Origin: Gnetum montanum
Taxonomy: Eukaryota; Plantae; Gnetophyta
Reading direction: 5' to 3'
Assembly (NCBI GenBank): GCA_015680685.1
Contig: MNCI01001841.1
Span: 200,264 to 264,263, forward strand
Length of the DNA: 64,000 nucleotides
The notes under the pieces were generated by a model. It was not told the DNA's origin. It made no database searches and saw only the letters and a list, made by a program, of their open reading frames with translations. The position numbers and the translations under genes were made by a program. This document shows positions 48,101 to 62,351 of this stretch, one piece after another. Each line of letters opens with the position of its first letter. Positions within the stretch are counted from its first letter, which is position 1.

Positions 48101-49267
48101 AAGCATAATGTATTAGATAAATCTAGCTTGAATCTAAAAGAGGCCATGAAAGGTAGGAGAAGTATGGGATACACATGAATTCAAGTTTGAGCTAGATGTA
48201 CATTGAATCAAAAATATATTATTGTTTGTTGTAAACAAAGAGGAAAATGTTTCTAGAAGCTGTTTAGTTATTGTTTGCATCTAAAGTCTATAGCACAGTG
48301 ATATTGAAAAGCTTTGGTAAAGGCTCCACTAGCGAATTGTTTGAGAGATTCAAATATATTAAACTGATGAGGTTTCCGAAACACTAAGGGATTATACCAT
48401 ATAACCTTTGCCTTGAAAGGTTCAAATGGAATATTCTTGTTCCATTACTACAATCGATACCCAGCCATGGAATGACAAAGAATGAATCAGAGATCCAAGA
48501 CCAAGTAACAAAATTTCCCTTTTAACTAGTATAGTTCTTCCATGACTTTTAAGTGTTGTCCCTGCCCTCGTCTTCACTACAATGAAAGTTTCGTTGTCAT
48601 TTAATAGGAAGACAGATTTTCTGTCCAAAGAATGGAATCTAAGATCATATTTTGATGTATTGGCTTCATGAATTAGGATGGGTAGTTCCATGGGAGTGTA
48701 ATTTCGAACTAAAATTACATTTCTGACAATGTTCATTCCGTTAACAGAAACACTAAAACTAAACTCAATAATTTTTGATAAGTACAATGGGATCAATAAT
48801 CCAGCAACATTTGTTAATAAGACATCCACTTCCAAAGGAGCTGAATCTGCACAGAAGAAGTTGACTCTCTGTATCATAGTAGATGGAGGAATATCTGGCT
48901 ATCTGCAATTGAGTTTCCAAGAAAAAAAATTTGTACGAATAGACAAACAATTAAAATAAATCTCAATAACATGTCATTCACTCTCAAGATAATCGTTTGA
49001 GTATATATTTCTTTAGCAGATGCGTGGATATTCAGAGTGAAACCATTCAGCATTAGTCACATGAGGGATTGGTGGAGGACATCAAGGAAGGATGAAGGAC
49101 TGATGTAGAGAAGCAATGACTAAGGAGGCTGAGTGAGTCATACAAATGTAATGCAAATATGAAAAAGAATGCAATGCAAGGCAACGCTCATGTTGTTGCT
49201 GAGTATCAGGTGATCTTTTCTATTGTATTTGAATGATTTGAAAATCACAACAAAGCAGAGCAAGACC

Positions 49268-52200
49268 TGTTAGTTGTTAATCCTAATTAGGTTACAAGAA
49301 TTAGTTTAAGTCTTCATTAAGTCCGTTAGCTATTTTAATAGGATATCATCATGTAACCCTGTCCCTGTCTCTGTGTTCTGTTAACAGAAGTGAATCTGCA
49401 CTTGAATAAAACATTTCTCTGTTACTCCTCATATTGGCTCTGGTTCTTTCTCCTATTATTTTTATTTGTGCTTAATACTTTGTCAGTGGTATCAAAGCTA
49501 GAAGCTCCAATGAATAGCTTGGCTCAAATCTCAGTTCCTATCTTAAATGGGTAAAATTACAATCAGTGGAGTGTCCAAATGAGGGCGCTTTTCGATTTCC
49601 ACGAGTTGCTCGAGGTTGTGGAAAATAGTGTTGCTGATCTTGCAAAAAATGCAACCAACGCACAGAAGAATGCCCACCATGAGAACAAGAAGAAAGATAA
49701 GAAAGCATTCTATTTCATTCATCTAAGGGGTGAATGATGAAGTTTTTGAGAAGATTGCAGGAGCAACCACATCAAAGCAAGCCTAAGATACCTTGATGAT
49801 GTCGTACAAAGGTGGACAGAGTTAAGAAGGTAAGACTCCAAACTTTGAGATGTCAATATGAGCTCTTACAAATGGAGTCTTCGAGACTATTGCTACTTAT
49901 ATTAGTTGTATTTTTGGTCTAACAAATCAAATGAGAACATATGGAGAGGAGTACAAAGAGTAGGCCAAAGTGGAGAAGATTTTACGGTCACTCACTTCCA
50001 GATTTGAGCATATCATGGTGGAGATAGAAGAAGCACATGATCTGTCTTCGATGATTGTCAAGGAATTATCTGGCACCTTGCAAGCCCATGAGCAATGAAT
50101 GACTGGTAAGAAAGTTGAGAAGCCGATTGAGCAAGCTTTTCAAAGCCAAGTCTCCATCAAAAATGATCAAGGAGGTGAAACAAGTCAAAAGCATGGTGGT
50201 TCTTGTGGTAGAGGATGAGGACGTGGGGGCTACTACAACAAAAGTCATGGTGGTCACAACAACAATCATGGAGTTGAAGGCAATGACCAAGAAAAATCAA
50301 ATTTTGGTCATCAGCAAATTTCAAGAGGTCATGGCTATGGACGTGGTAGAGGAAGGTATGACAAATTCAATGTTGTATGTTACTCTTGTCATAGGCATGG
50401 CCATTATTTAAATGAATGTAGATACAAGGATAATACTTAGAGGGCTCACCATATACAAGAAGATGATGATGATGGCAATCATGCTCTCTTGATGGTCACT
50501 ATAGCTAGTGAAGCGTCAAACTACCATATATGGTTTCTTAACACTGAGTGTACCAATCATATGTGCAGGCAAAAGGAGTTATTTGATGTTCTTAATGAGT
50601 CCTTTCACACCAAAGTCAAATTTGCTGATGACAGCATTATACCAGTTATAGGAAAAGGACAAATTCTTATCAACTTGAAGAATGCAAATCATAAGTATAT
50701 TTCTGATGTCTTCTATGTGCTAGGTATGAAGAGTAATTTGCTTTGTGTGGATTAGCTGGCAAAAAAGGGGTATGCCATGAACCCTCGTGGCAATTAACTC
50801 TCCATTTTTGACAACAAAGGTACACTCATTCTCATGGCCCCTTTGACGAAGAATCGTATGTTTCAAGTTGATATTTCTAGTGGTGTTTATAATTGTCTTA
50901 ATGCCATTATAAATGATGAGCCTTGGCTGTGGCACCTTTGCTTTGGACATTTAAACTTTCAAAGTTTAAAATTGCTTGCTAAAGGAAATATGGTGAAAGG
51001 TTTGCTTAGTATTCATCATCCAAAATAGTTGTGTGAAGCTTGCATTCTTGAAAAGCATCACAGAATGTTGTTTGCAACAAAACAGCGACATGCAACACAA
51101 CCACTAAAGCTTATTCATTCCGATGTATGTGGCCCAATGAACACCTCATCAAATGGAAACAATAGGTATTTCCTAACCTTTATTGATGATTTTACTCAGA
51201 AAATTTGGATCTATCTTTTGCAAAGGAAGTTTGAAGTTTTTGATTGCTTTAAGAAGTTTAACATGCATGTTGAAAGGCAAAGTGGCTATCTTGTTAAAGT
51301 TCTGCAAATTGATGGTGGAGGTGAATACACTTCCAATGAATTTAATGAATATTGTGAAGAATAGGGAATAGAGCATCAAGTCACTTTTCCCTACACCCCA
51401 CAGCACAACGGAGTAGCTGAAAGAAAGAATAGAACTATAATGGACATGGTGAGGAGCATGCTAAAGGCAAAAGGAATACCCAATTCATTTTGGGGTGAAG
51501 CAATTTCATGTTTTGTTTACTTGTTAAACATGTCTCCAACAAGGAGTGTGCAAAATATCACCCCTGTAGAAGCATGGAGTGGTTTCAATTCGAGCATGAA
51601 ACATCTTAGAGTGTTTGGTGCTATTACTTATGCCCACGCTCTAGCAAAGATGAGAACAAAGCTAGATGATCAAGCAAAGAAGACTATCTTTGTTGGCTAC
51701 AAGCATGGGGGATACAAGTTGTTCAACCCTATAACAAAGAAGGTGATTGTTAGCCTAGATGTGACCTTTGCTGAAGAAGATACTTGGCAATGGGATGTTG
51801 CTTTACACAAAGACTCCCATAAGCAACAAAGTTATATCCTTGAAGAGGAAGTTGCAGTTCCTACCACAAATGACGCTACATTAAACTCTGCTCAAGAAAG
51901 TTCCACTCCACAAGTTTTAGTGGAATCTGGAAGGCCAAGGTGACAATGCCAACAATCAATACGCCTACATTACTACAAGGTAACTCTTGATAATGAAGTT
52001 GATGATGATGGAGAATTGGTACACTTTGCTTCCTTTGCAAATAGTGAACCTGAAACATTCCAAAAGGTAATTCAAGATCCTAAATGGGAATGCCATGAAT
52101 GAGGAAATCAAGGCAATTGAAAAAAACAATACATGGGAACTCACTAACATCCCATGCAATCACAAAGCAATTGATGTGAAGTGGGTTTTTAAGATAAAGG

Positions 52201-53802
52201 TGAAGTCAAATGGTGAGGTGGAGAAATACAAAGCAAGATTGGTGGCAAAGGGATTTGAACAAAGGCCTAACTATGACTACTAAGAGGTTTTCTCTCCTAT
52301 TGCTCGAATTGAAATAATTAGACTTCTTATTGTGTTAGCTTCCCAAAAGAAGTGGAAAATCCATCAAATGAATATGAAGTCAACCTTTCTAAATGGTCCA
52401 CTTGAAGAAGAGGTTTTTGTCAAGCAACCACTTGGATTCATGAAGTAGGAAAATGAAGATAAGGTGTACAGATTGAAAAAAGCATTGTATGGTCTCAAAC
52501 AAGCACCATGAGCATGGAATAGGCACATTGACTCTTTCTGCCATAAGGATGGTTTCCAGAAATGCCCATCTGAACATGCTTTATATGTGAAGACTAATGA
52601 TTCTAGTGATATATTATTGCTATGTCTTTATGTTGATGATCTAATATTCACAAGCAATAATCCTAGAATGATTGAAGATTTCAAGAAGTCCATGATGCAT
52701 GAGTTCAAAATGACAGATCTTGGCCTCATGTCATATTTCCTTGGCATTGAGGTAGTTCAAAGAGACAATAGGATTTTTATCTATCAAAAGAGGTATGCTA
52801 CTGAACTCTTGAAGAAGTTTCGTATGCAAGATTGTAATCCTGTGAGAACTCCTGTGGAGGTTGGCACAAAATTGTCAAAGAATGGAGAAGGGGCACTTGT
52901 TGATTCAACTTATTTCAAGCAAATTGTTAAGAGTTTAAGATATCTCACATGCACAAGGCCAACATCTCTTATGGTGTTGGTTTGATGGCAAATTTTTGGA
53001 ATCTCCTCATCAACTTCATATGCAAGTGGCTAAAAGAATCCTACAATACCTAGAGGGCACTTATGATCATGGTTTACTCTATTCCTCATCTAATAATTGT
53101 GCTCTTATAGGGTATTCCAACAATGATTGGGGTGGAGATTTAGATGATCAGAAAAGCACTTTTAGTTATTGTTTTAATTTTGGTGCTACAGCTTGTTCAT
53201 GGTCATCAAAGAAGCAATCCATAGTTGCACTTTCAATCTATGAAGTAGAATATGTAGCTGTAGCTTCAAGTGCATGTTATGCAATATGGTTAGGCAATGT
53301 GATGAGCCAAATCCATGCTCTAGTTAAGAGGCCAATGAAGATCTTTGTTGACAATATTTCTGCAATTGACTTGGCAAAGAATCCTATCACACATGGAAGA
53401 AGTAAACACATTGACATACGCTATCATTTTCTAAGAGATCAAGTTGGAAAGAAAGCAATTGAGTTGGTGTGTTGCAAAGTCCAAAGACCAAGTGGTCGAC
53501 ATTCTCACCAAACCATTCAAGTATGATACCTTTGCCAAATTAAAGTGTATGCTTGCAATGATGGTTTTTCCGAATTAGGATTAAAGGGGATGTTAGTTGT
53601 CAATTGTGATTTGGTTACAAGAATCAATTTAAGTCTTGGTTAAGTCCGTTAGCCATTTTAATGGGATATCATCACGTAATCCTGTCTCTATGTTCTATTA
53701 GAATAAGTGAATTTGCACCTAAATAAAACATTTTTCTGTTACTCTTCATATTGGCTCTGGTTCTTGCTCCTGTTATTTTTGTTTGTGCTTAATACTTTGT
53801 TA
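49268..53802 (+). mobile_element. Full-length degenerate Ty1/copia element (Ivana/Ale-like, short LTRs), TSD AGACC
   Basis: LTRs 49268-49485 and 53591-53802. AGACC at 49263-49267 and 53803-53807. PBS TGGTATCAAAGC (tRNA-iMet) at 49487. PPT GGATTAAAGGGGA. Order gag-PR-INT-RT-RH. Confidence 0.95.
49510..53570 (+). pseudogene. Copia gag-pol polyprotein (many stops and frameshifts)
   Basis: WFLNTECTNHMC (PR); [15 protein letters not shown] (INT); KYKARLVAKG, LCLYVDDLIFT (RT); SWSSKKQSIVALS, HGRSKHIDIRYHF (RH). Confidence 0.93.
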
Positions 53803-55681
53803 AGACCAAGGGCAAACTACCTGACCGGGATTTCTCACACCAGATGCAGCCGTAAAAAAATGCGTTAATAGAGTTGGAAATGGCATTCACAATAGAATTT
53901 CAAATAATAGAAGAGAAGCACAAACAAAGTAAAGCAAAGAACCCTTTATTCTTTCTACCTAAGCAAAAATACAAAACCAAAAACATAAATCTGACTTTTT
54001 GAAAACAAAAAAGAAATCAAACACAGGCAAACTTTCCTTTCCCTTTAAAGGAAGAAAAATTTGCCATGTTACCGGACTTAGCAAAGTTGCATTAAGAACA
54101 CCACAGAAGCATTAGCAGCCAACATCACGGCACGTCAGCACCAGCACTGGCGTGGTGTGGTAAGTAGGAGTTTAACTGTTACTTAACTTTATTATTACTC
54201 AGCTACAATCGTGAAAGAAAGGATAAGGCCCCATTCATGGGTGATGACGTCAACAGTGCCCACCTCCACAAGACTCCCACATCATCAATGCTAATGCTAA
54301 CTCATGGCATACGCACATGTAGCTATTATATAAAAGATTGCGATGAACGGTGTATGGAACAATCTCACAACAAAAATTTGAAAAAGACAATTGCATAAAT
54401 GTGCAAGATACCCAAGAACGCAGGTAAACTGTGCCAACCAGATAAATCTTGCCACATATTCACAATGCAAAAGCATATTATGCATTACATTCAGCATTAT
54501 GCAATTTTCGCTACACCAAATCGCAGCCACTTCTATCATGTGCATACCCCATCAGATTGCACACCGGCACCCACCCGTTGCCTCTCCATTTTATTTTGCA
54601 GTTATGTTTGTCATACCGGTGGCAAAGAAAAGAATAGTAAAAAAAAAAAAAGAATTGAAAAAAACCTACATCACAAAACCTGATCTCAAAAGATTAAGGA
54701 ATTTTGAATATCCTGGAAAACTGAAATCCGCACCAGCTAAAAAGCCTTGCTCTGGTAAAATGAATTTTAGATCAAAACTCGAGGAATTGATGCCATCAAG
54801 CAAGTTTTTGTGTGGCGATGAGATTACCGCAAAAGCTTCGACAAGGAAATTGGTGATTTAATTCAAATTTAAACAATTGTAACGGTAGCAGCGTTGCCTA
54901 GGCAGCAGTGAAACCATCAGGATGGTAGCCAAGGGTGAAATCAATGAGATATGTCAAACAAGATCAGACCCATTTTCACAGAAAAAACAAAACCATCAAA
55001 CATCATCAGACCCTGTTTCATATAAAAAACAGAATCATCCATCATCATGGTTGGCAGAACCGAAGAATTGTTTTGCGGAATCCATGTTTCCAAAAAAAAC
55101 CGCTGATTCATAGGATTGGTTGGTCTCATTCGATTCCCAGGAAGTGGGTTCGATTTTTAAGATTTTTACACTACTCAAATATTCTTTTGGTAAAACTCGG
55201 TAACCACATCTTATGACATTTAGATTTTGTGAGCATTTCACTTGCAAAGATGCTTCTACTTTTCCCATCTCTTGAATTGCTACACACAATGCAACGGCAG
55301 TTCATACGTATCTTCAATCGGTGCATTTAGTAAAAATATAGAAATATCAGCAACGCGCAGGACCGAACATGTTACTGTGGATTGTCTGATAAGCAAAAAT
55401 TTGAATCAATTTGATGGGCTCTGGAAAAATATATATCTATAGTAAAATTTCAAAGCAGCAGCAGCAGAGTATAAATTAGCAGAAAGCAGAAACAGGAAAT
55501 TCAGCTGAGCTTTCATTAACGGTAAATTTCTAAGCGTTTCCAAAATTTCAGAACAGTCTAGAATTCAGCAGAGATATTCACGGTATACACATTATAAAAT
55601 AGCAGCGCGAACCACTGTAACAGTTTAGCATTAGCATAGCATGCATCATAGACAGTATAATTGTGGGGCAGGGGGCTGCTG

Positions 55682-58600
55682 CTAGTTGCAGGACAATGGC
55701 TTCTTTGTGATGGTCACAGGGCAGTTGTCTGCAGGTTTTGGATGCGGCAAATATTTCACTTTGCAATCCGGATTCAAACGTTTTATCCTGAAAGCAAGCC
55801 GTACTCTAAAGATTAAAAGAAAGCCAAGAGCAAATAAATTGCAGAAACCAAAAACAATTTAAGGACCAAGAGCTTACTCATAGTATAAAAGCAAGTGGTG
55901 CAGAAACACACAGAGTTCCATGCGGGCAAGTTCATTTCCTGGACACAGCCTGATCCCGGCTCCGAACGCCACAAAAGTTCCAGGCTTTACAACCAAGTCC
56001 TGATCATTATCCACTGAAAGTTAAGCCATTAACATTCAAAAATTAGCAACAGGAATGCTGAATTAGCTTTTTACTGGTTCTTACATTCCATCTATCTGGG
56101 TCGAATTTGTAGGGGTCAGGATACACCTCAGGGTCTAAATGCACGTTTCTAAGCCACACCTGTGTTTTCCAGCCCTTGGGGATGGTGTATCCTGGCATAA
56201 GTAATAATTATCATCAACTGAGTATAAACAGAAGTTCACTTAAATTAAGCAAATATATCATACAGTGATATTTCTCGGTTAATTCATACCACAGACATCA
56301 ACATCCTTCACGGCTTGCCTAAAAACGAAGGGAGAAATGTTCACTAGCCTCAGTGCTTCATTGATTACCTGCATCAGTACATACATAAATACTTTATATA
56401 ATTTTGCGGCATTGAGGTGCTAATAATGAAAAAGAATGATATGAATTTCAGGACCATTGAAACCGTAAGTGAGATTATTTTAAAGACAGAAAAAACCATT
56501 AATCATCGCTGTCTCATTCCATGTATCTAAGCTTGACAGAATGGGTTCCCTTGCTCTTCATAATTACACTCTATTTCATTAGTCCTAATTTTTATTGTTT
56601 CCATTCTTATCAATTTGCATCTTATCATCTCAATATTGATATCAATGTGCATTTAAAAAAACCCAATTACAAATAATACCAGTAAATAAAGACTCACCTG
56701 TTTGAGGTAATGCATTTCCCCAAGTTCTGACACGGTCAAGCCATTCTGAGATTTGGGCCTCCTATTGATTATTTCCATTTGCTCAGCCTGAAAAACAGTA
56801 ATATTGATCAAGATTTCAAAATCTTGCAACGGATTCTAGACCAGAACTAAACCAAGCTGACCTTTGCTTTCTCAAAAACATGTGGGTGTTTCTCCAATAA
56901 TATAATGGTCCACATCATGATATGGGCGGTGGATTCGTGGCCAGCATTGAGATACATGACGAGCAGGTCAATGATTTCCTCGTCTGTGAGGAAATTGCCA
57001 TTCTCATCCTTCAACTGCAGTAGCTGAGCAAGCATATCCTCCTCCTTCGCAGCCGGTTCCTGTTTTGCTTTACCGAGCTCCATTGCTAATCTCCTCCTAT
57101 CAATTATGCCCTGCAAATATCCCACCAGCTTCTTTCTAGCCTGTTACACAGAACCAAGCAGGCATGTGCCGGTTATAACACAATAGCATATTATACACAA
57201 GTGGGATGTTACAATTTCAAATTTGATTGATTTGTTATAGAGGACACTTGGAAATTTTCTTAATATGTACATTTCTAGTACCAAAAGATCCAGATGTTTT
57301 AGGAATGTAACTTCAGTTTCCATATCAATAAGGGTTGATTTGTGTGTATGTTGTAGAAGTTTTATTGCAAGAAGAATGATATGTTATGTTACATGAAGCT
57401 GTACTAGCTGGTATTGGTTTCTTGAACAAAAAACCTGTTACGATTTTTTATTTAAGCCCTTTGGTTCGCAGGATCTTGATATTTAGTTTTTTCAGGGTGA
57501 GACACCCATTAACATTTAACTGTTAAGAAGTGAATTAATGATTCCTACATTCCAAAGGGAGTATGGCGATGCATTTTGTTTTGGATGCTCCCAAACAAGG
57601 GAAAGCGACTCCGAAGAATAAAGGCTCGAATTCAAAACAAGCATTTCAAGGGCGTTCCTTGAGGTAATAGACTGACACAACACTGAGATTTTTAATACCG
57701 ACTTATTGGTCAAAATAACTATTTACCTGGGTAATTAAACAAAATAAAAACGGAAACTACTTAGATTTCAATTTCACAGTAATCTTTGTCCAACTGAAGA
57801 TTTCCTTCATCAGTAAGAGACAGGATCATCAAGCAAAGTCAGTGACCTTGAGAGCAGTGTAGTAAGCTGTGCCAGGCAGATTGATTGCCATAGCGCGGAC
57901 TCCTAAGTTGACGGCGCTGTATTCACGCTCTATCGCATCAATCTCCTCATCCGATTCATGTCTCACCACCACATATCTGATCATGTTAAATGTCATCTGC
58001 ATCCAAACACAATACACACACTCGATTTAATCCCAATCCCAAATAAATAATTAGGGGTTGCAGAGGAGTGACATGCTGAGAAATTAATTATTAGGGATAC
58101 CAGATCACGGTCCCTAACTTTATCCAATCAACCAACATGGAGGAGCAACATTGGTTAAACAAAAAAAAATTGCCTCAAAAGCAATTAAAATGCAATGAAA
58201 ATAAATATCTTGGATTAGAATTATGTTCCCTACTATTATTTTGATTCACCTCATTCCTTCCTTGACAAGAAAAATTGCTGACTGGAATGGAACCTGTGAC
58301 ACAAGTAGTTGATGCAAAACTGTTAGGAAAAGAAAGCAGGTACTTGCCTTGCGAAGAGCAGGCAGCAGCTCCATGCGGGGCAGCTGAGACCAGGTTTGGA
58401 AAGAAGATTGGATAGTGCTGAAAATGCAGGGGAAGTAGCTGCGCAGTGCTTCTGGACTTGTGACGCTGGGAGCAGTGGCACGGCGCAGGCGGCGATGGTG
58501 GAGCTCAGGCAAACAGGCGAAGGATTTGGGACCCATCAGTTCTCTGCATGCTTTTGGCCATCCTGCTGCAAACCCTTCTCCGTCATCTCCCAATACTGTT

Positions 58601-60277
58601 TTGCATGCCGCTGCCGTCGTCACCATTGCAGTTGGCCCCCCAAACATAAACGCCTTGTAAACCCCTACCTTCCCAAATCTGCCACAAAAATCACACATAA
58701 ACTCCCCCGTTTATTTTAAGATTCTTTAGTGAGTGATATCTCATGATCCATTCAACTTTTGTTTGAAAATTGGAATTGAAGTTTTGTTTTTGGGTTACAG
58801 TATATCGTGCAATCGCTTGGATATGCGTTATCTCGCTAGAGCTTGCCTCAAATCTGATCTGATGATACCTGGAAGAATATTTCGGATGCGTACGGACAGA
58901 CAGACAGACAGGTACATCATTTACGGAACTCGCAGATAAAAACACATCTTTGTCAGCTGCAGGCATGCAACGACGGAGGACATATAAAAAGCAGAAATGT
59001 AGATGGAAACTTTTGGTAAAATACTCGACTTGGTTTGCGAAGTAACTGGGAAAAACTCTGCCATTCGGATGACTCGGCAAGAAAACTTAGCTGAATGGAT
59101 GTTTTTAAAATCTTAAAGCTAATAATATAGAAGTTAGAAGCCTAAATCAGTTGCAAGTAAAGTTGCAATGTGAGAAGATTATGTCTGAACCAAACGAACA
59201 TCAAGTCTGCAAAATAGTGACCATAGCAGAGAAGGCCAAGAAACCCAAAGAGATTTAATAGAACTATAATAATCACCTATTTTCGCTGATAGATTGTGCA
59301 ACGATATTCTTGTTATTGGTTGTTTTCAACTTAAATTTTCATGCTTTGGTTTAAGGTATTTTAAGAATCCTTTCAAAAAACGATAAATCCGAATTTACTC
59401 GGTTCTCACACGCCAAAAAATGGCTAAAGCGTCAAACCGGCGTCTAATCGCCGTGTGAAAGATCATTGGGAAACCAACATGATAAAAAACTGGCGATACA
59501 GGTGCAGGAGTTGCATGGCTCGCTGACAAAAATGACCGGAAATCCGCATTCAAACAAACCCAATAAGCAGAAAGATCGAAGAAACGCATTAAAGAGTCTA
59601 AGAGATCAGAAGGTTACAAACCAAGCACGGAAATATGCTTTGGAAGCAACGCAACGCACACAAATATGCATTGAACGAACTGCGACAGATAAAGAGTCAC
59701 AGCGGATGCAGAACCCACAAACAAATCAGACAAAAGAAACATTCATTTCGCGCAGGCGCGGTAACCATTCAACCAAAGTTAAACTCAAGAACATGCATTG
59801 AAGAAAACCAGGAACCCATAAAAACAAAAAACATGCAACGAGAGAACCGCAAAATATACAGACAAATAACAAACCAGAAAGAACAGCATGACGCCAAAAT
59901 CTCAGGGGAAAAACAAAAACTTCTCAGAAACATTGCAAATGTCCAAGCTTTTCCGAAATTCTGGATGGGATGCCAAAATTTGAAGGAAAAACAAAAAACA
60001 AAACAGCTGCTTAGAAACATTAGTTGCAACGTTGGAGTGAATCTGAAAATAAGAACCTGCTATGGAATCCTTTCACGAAGGCATCAGGATTGGAAGACTT
60101 GAATGCTCGCAGAAAGCTCAGCATATTGCCAATGAAAGGCCATCCCAGATCCCCTGGCGGTGGCGTCGCCACAGGGCGCCGCCCGTAGAACCAGCAGTTC
60201 ACATTCTTAGCAACATACGCAAGAACACAGCAGCAAACCAGAATCAACGCAACTGCAATTCCCCCCACCACCACCAT
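55682..60277 (-). CDS. KAO: Cytochrome P450, CYP88 family, ent-kaurenoic acid oxidase (gibberellin biosynthesis). 9 exons: 60277-60057, 58678-58348, 57996-57847, 57140-56862, 56787-56698, 56368-56290, 56191-56085, 55999-55878, 55787-55682. 1485 nt, 494 aa.
   Basis: All exons splice in frame with no stops. N-terminal anchor then [29 protein letters not shown]-helix [19 protein letters not shown], heme [11 protein letters not shown]-terminal [11 protein letters not shown]. Exon sizes 150/90/79/107 are typical of the CYP85 clan. Confidence 0.93.
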
Positions 60278-60500
60278 TTTCGCTCAAACAAACAAAAAAC
60301 AATCCCTTCCCTTGCTATTGTTGCTGATGCTATAACAGAAGAAGATCCTGATGATGAAGAATTACAGAAGCAAATTGCAGGGCCAGTAGAGCCTCCTTAT
60401 AACACGACAATAATCTCGTCGGAAACGAAGAAGAAGACAATAGCCGAGTCACCACTGGTCCAAGAGGCATGCGTTTAAATGGAAAACTAGTAAGGTATGG

Positions 60501-60507
60501 TATATAT
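60501..60507 (-). promoter_or_regulatory. Candidate TATA element of KAO
   Basis: ATATATA ~225 nt upstream of the ATG, followed by a pyrimidine-rich (CTT) leader. Positional evidence only. Confidence 0.35.
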
Positions 60508-62328
60508 GATAATGATGATGATTTCATCTCACTTCCTTCCATTGTGAAAGGTAAAAGAAGAAAGAAAACCAGAAATTCCAGAAACGCCAAGGTACCATGT
60601 GGTGGGTCATGTATGTGACAGGCAAAGCACCCAAATCGATGCCACCACTGTTCGTTTGCGGACAACCAAAACCAAGAATCTCTCGTATTTATGCAACTCT
60701 GATCCATACATCTTTTATTCGTTTGCGTGGTACAATTTTCCATCCTGGGTTTTGTCAGCCTATGTAGATTCCTTTTTCTTGTAAAAGCTTCCATTGATAA
60801 GCTAACCACGCAGCAAGATGATGTTCGAAACACTAACCATGCATGTTAAGCTTTATGTGAGTGCACATGGAGCGCCTAAAATGGTTTTAGTATTAAAAGC
60901 GTTGTTCTTCGGGCTGCTAAAAAATGGTTAGCATGGGTAAAGAAACAATTCTTAGGGCCTATTAATTAATGAAATTAAACTCAGTTCAACAATATTTCAC
61001 ATGATATTCGAAATTTCTCCTTCTTCCGCCAACGTTTAACGCTGAGACAAATGTAAGTAAATCAGAATATGCATAATTTTAAACTATTTTATTGCGCTAT
61101 TTTTAACGATTTTCACTTACGTGTGGAAATGGAGCACTGGAGCCAATTTTCAGCCATAGTTAACGATTTCTGACAGCATGAAACTCTGCTACTTTCCGAT
61201 GTTTCACGTACAGAAAGCTAAAGAATCCGGTTGCCTCCGGCGAATCAGGTATGGCTTTTTGTTGGACGGGAAGGGCCGCGTTGTACCATGTTTTTGGGAT
61301 TTTTCAGCTCAGTGAAATAACCGACCTGGCCTTCGGTTAAAAAATGCAAAAGAATCTACTGTTTAATAACGAAGGAACTTTCAGCAAAGCAATCATTTTG
61401 GAAAGGCATTGTCATTTCTTAATTTGTAATTTTTATGGCCAAGGGTATGCTACCAATCCAAGCAAAACAGGTGGAAATTTCTATCTCAACAAAGCTTCAT
61501 GGCAGACACTTGCATAGAATCTGATCCGTTTTGTCTCTCTTTCTGCGGTGAAATCTCCAGCCTGCCGCACATAATTGGCTTAGATTTGGGGTACTGATTC
61601 TCCATATTTTCACTGCGTCCAGTTGCTGCAGCACTTTTAGTGCTTAAATCATGCGTGCACTGCTGGTAATGGAAATGGGTTGGGATCACCGGTAGCCATT
61701 GCTATTTTCTACACTTGAGACATTGCTCGTAAGAAAGTTGTCAGGACTCTGCATTATGGTCTGCGAAATATGGATTTTTATTTGTAATTTCTCATCCGGC
61801 CAAATGTTGCTGCTCCCTATCTAACAGTGAAAAACAAAAACCATGAAAAGCATAATAAAAAAGAAAGATCGGAAACTTGTCGGCTTAGGGGTATAACGTA
61901 TTTTGAGTCGTTAACAAGTCCAAGCTTTGAAAGCCATGCTTTCCTTGAGCAAACGGTTCTACTTCCAATCGTATTGAATAGCTTCAGCAACTCGTGAGCT
62001 TCAATTGCGTTATGCCTGGGAAAGTATTTCTCACAGTCCGCCATTGTTGTTTCTTTCCTGCTTGGAACCTCCGCTGCGATTATTGCTTGTTTGGTTTTTG
62101 ATTTTCATGAATACCGCTTTTATTTTTTATTTTATGAATTTTTAATGTTTTTAACTATTCGGAGCTGAAAGGCGACGTTTAACATCTTTATCTTTTTCAA
62201 TTTCTGAAATTGGAAAAAAAAAACACTTTTTCGTATGACCATTCAATATAAAGATTTTTACCATGCAAACGTTTTTCATAAGGATATTTGGGATTGAAAT
62301 CTTTATTTTTAAAAATCTTTTGAAAAAG

Positions 62329-62351
62329 TTTTTTTTTTTTTTTTTTTTTTT
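62329..62351. repeat. poly(T) tract
   Basis: About 23 T in AT-rich intergenic DNA. Confidence 0.9.

Noticed and set aside
54391-54861. 156-aa ORF downstream of KAO
   Set aside because: Non-ATG start, runs through a poly(A) tract, no recognisable motifs or exon structure.
59466-60478. Plus-strand ORFs (111, 155 and 138 aa)
   Set aside because: Antisense to KAO exon 1/intron 1 with low-complexity A-rich composition.
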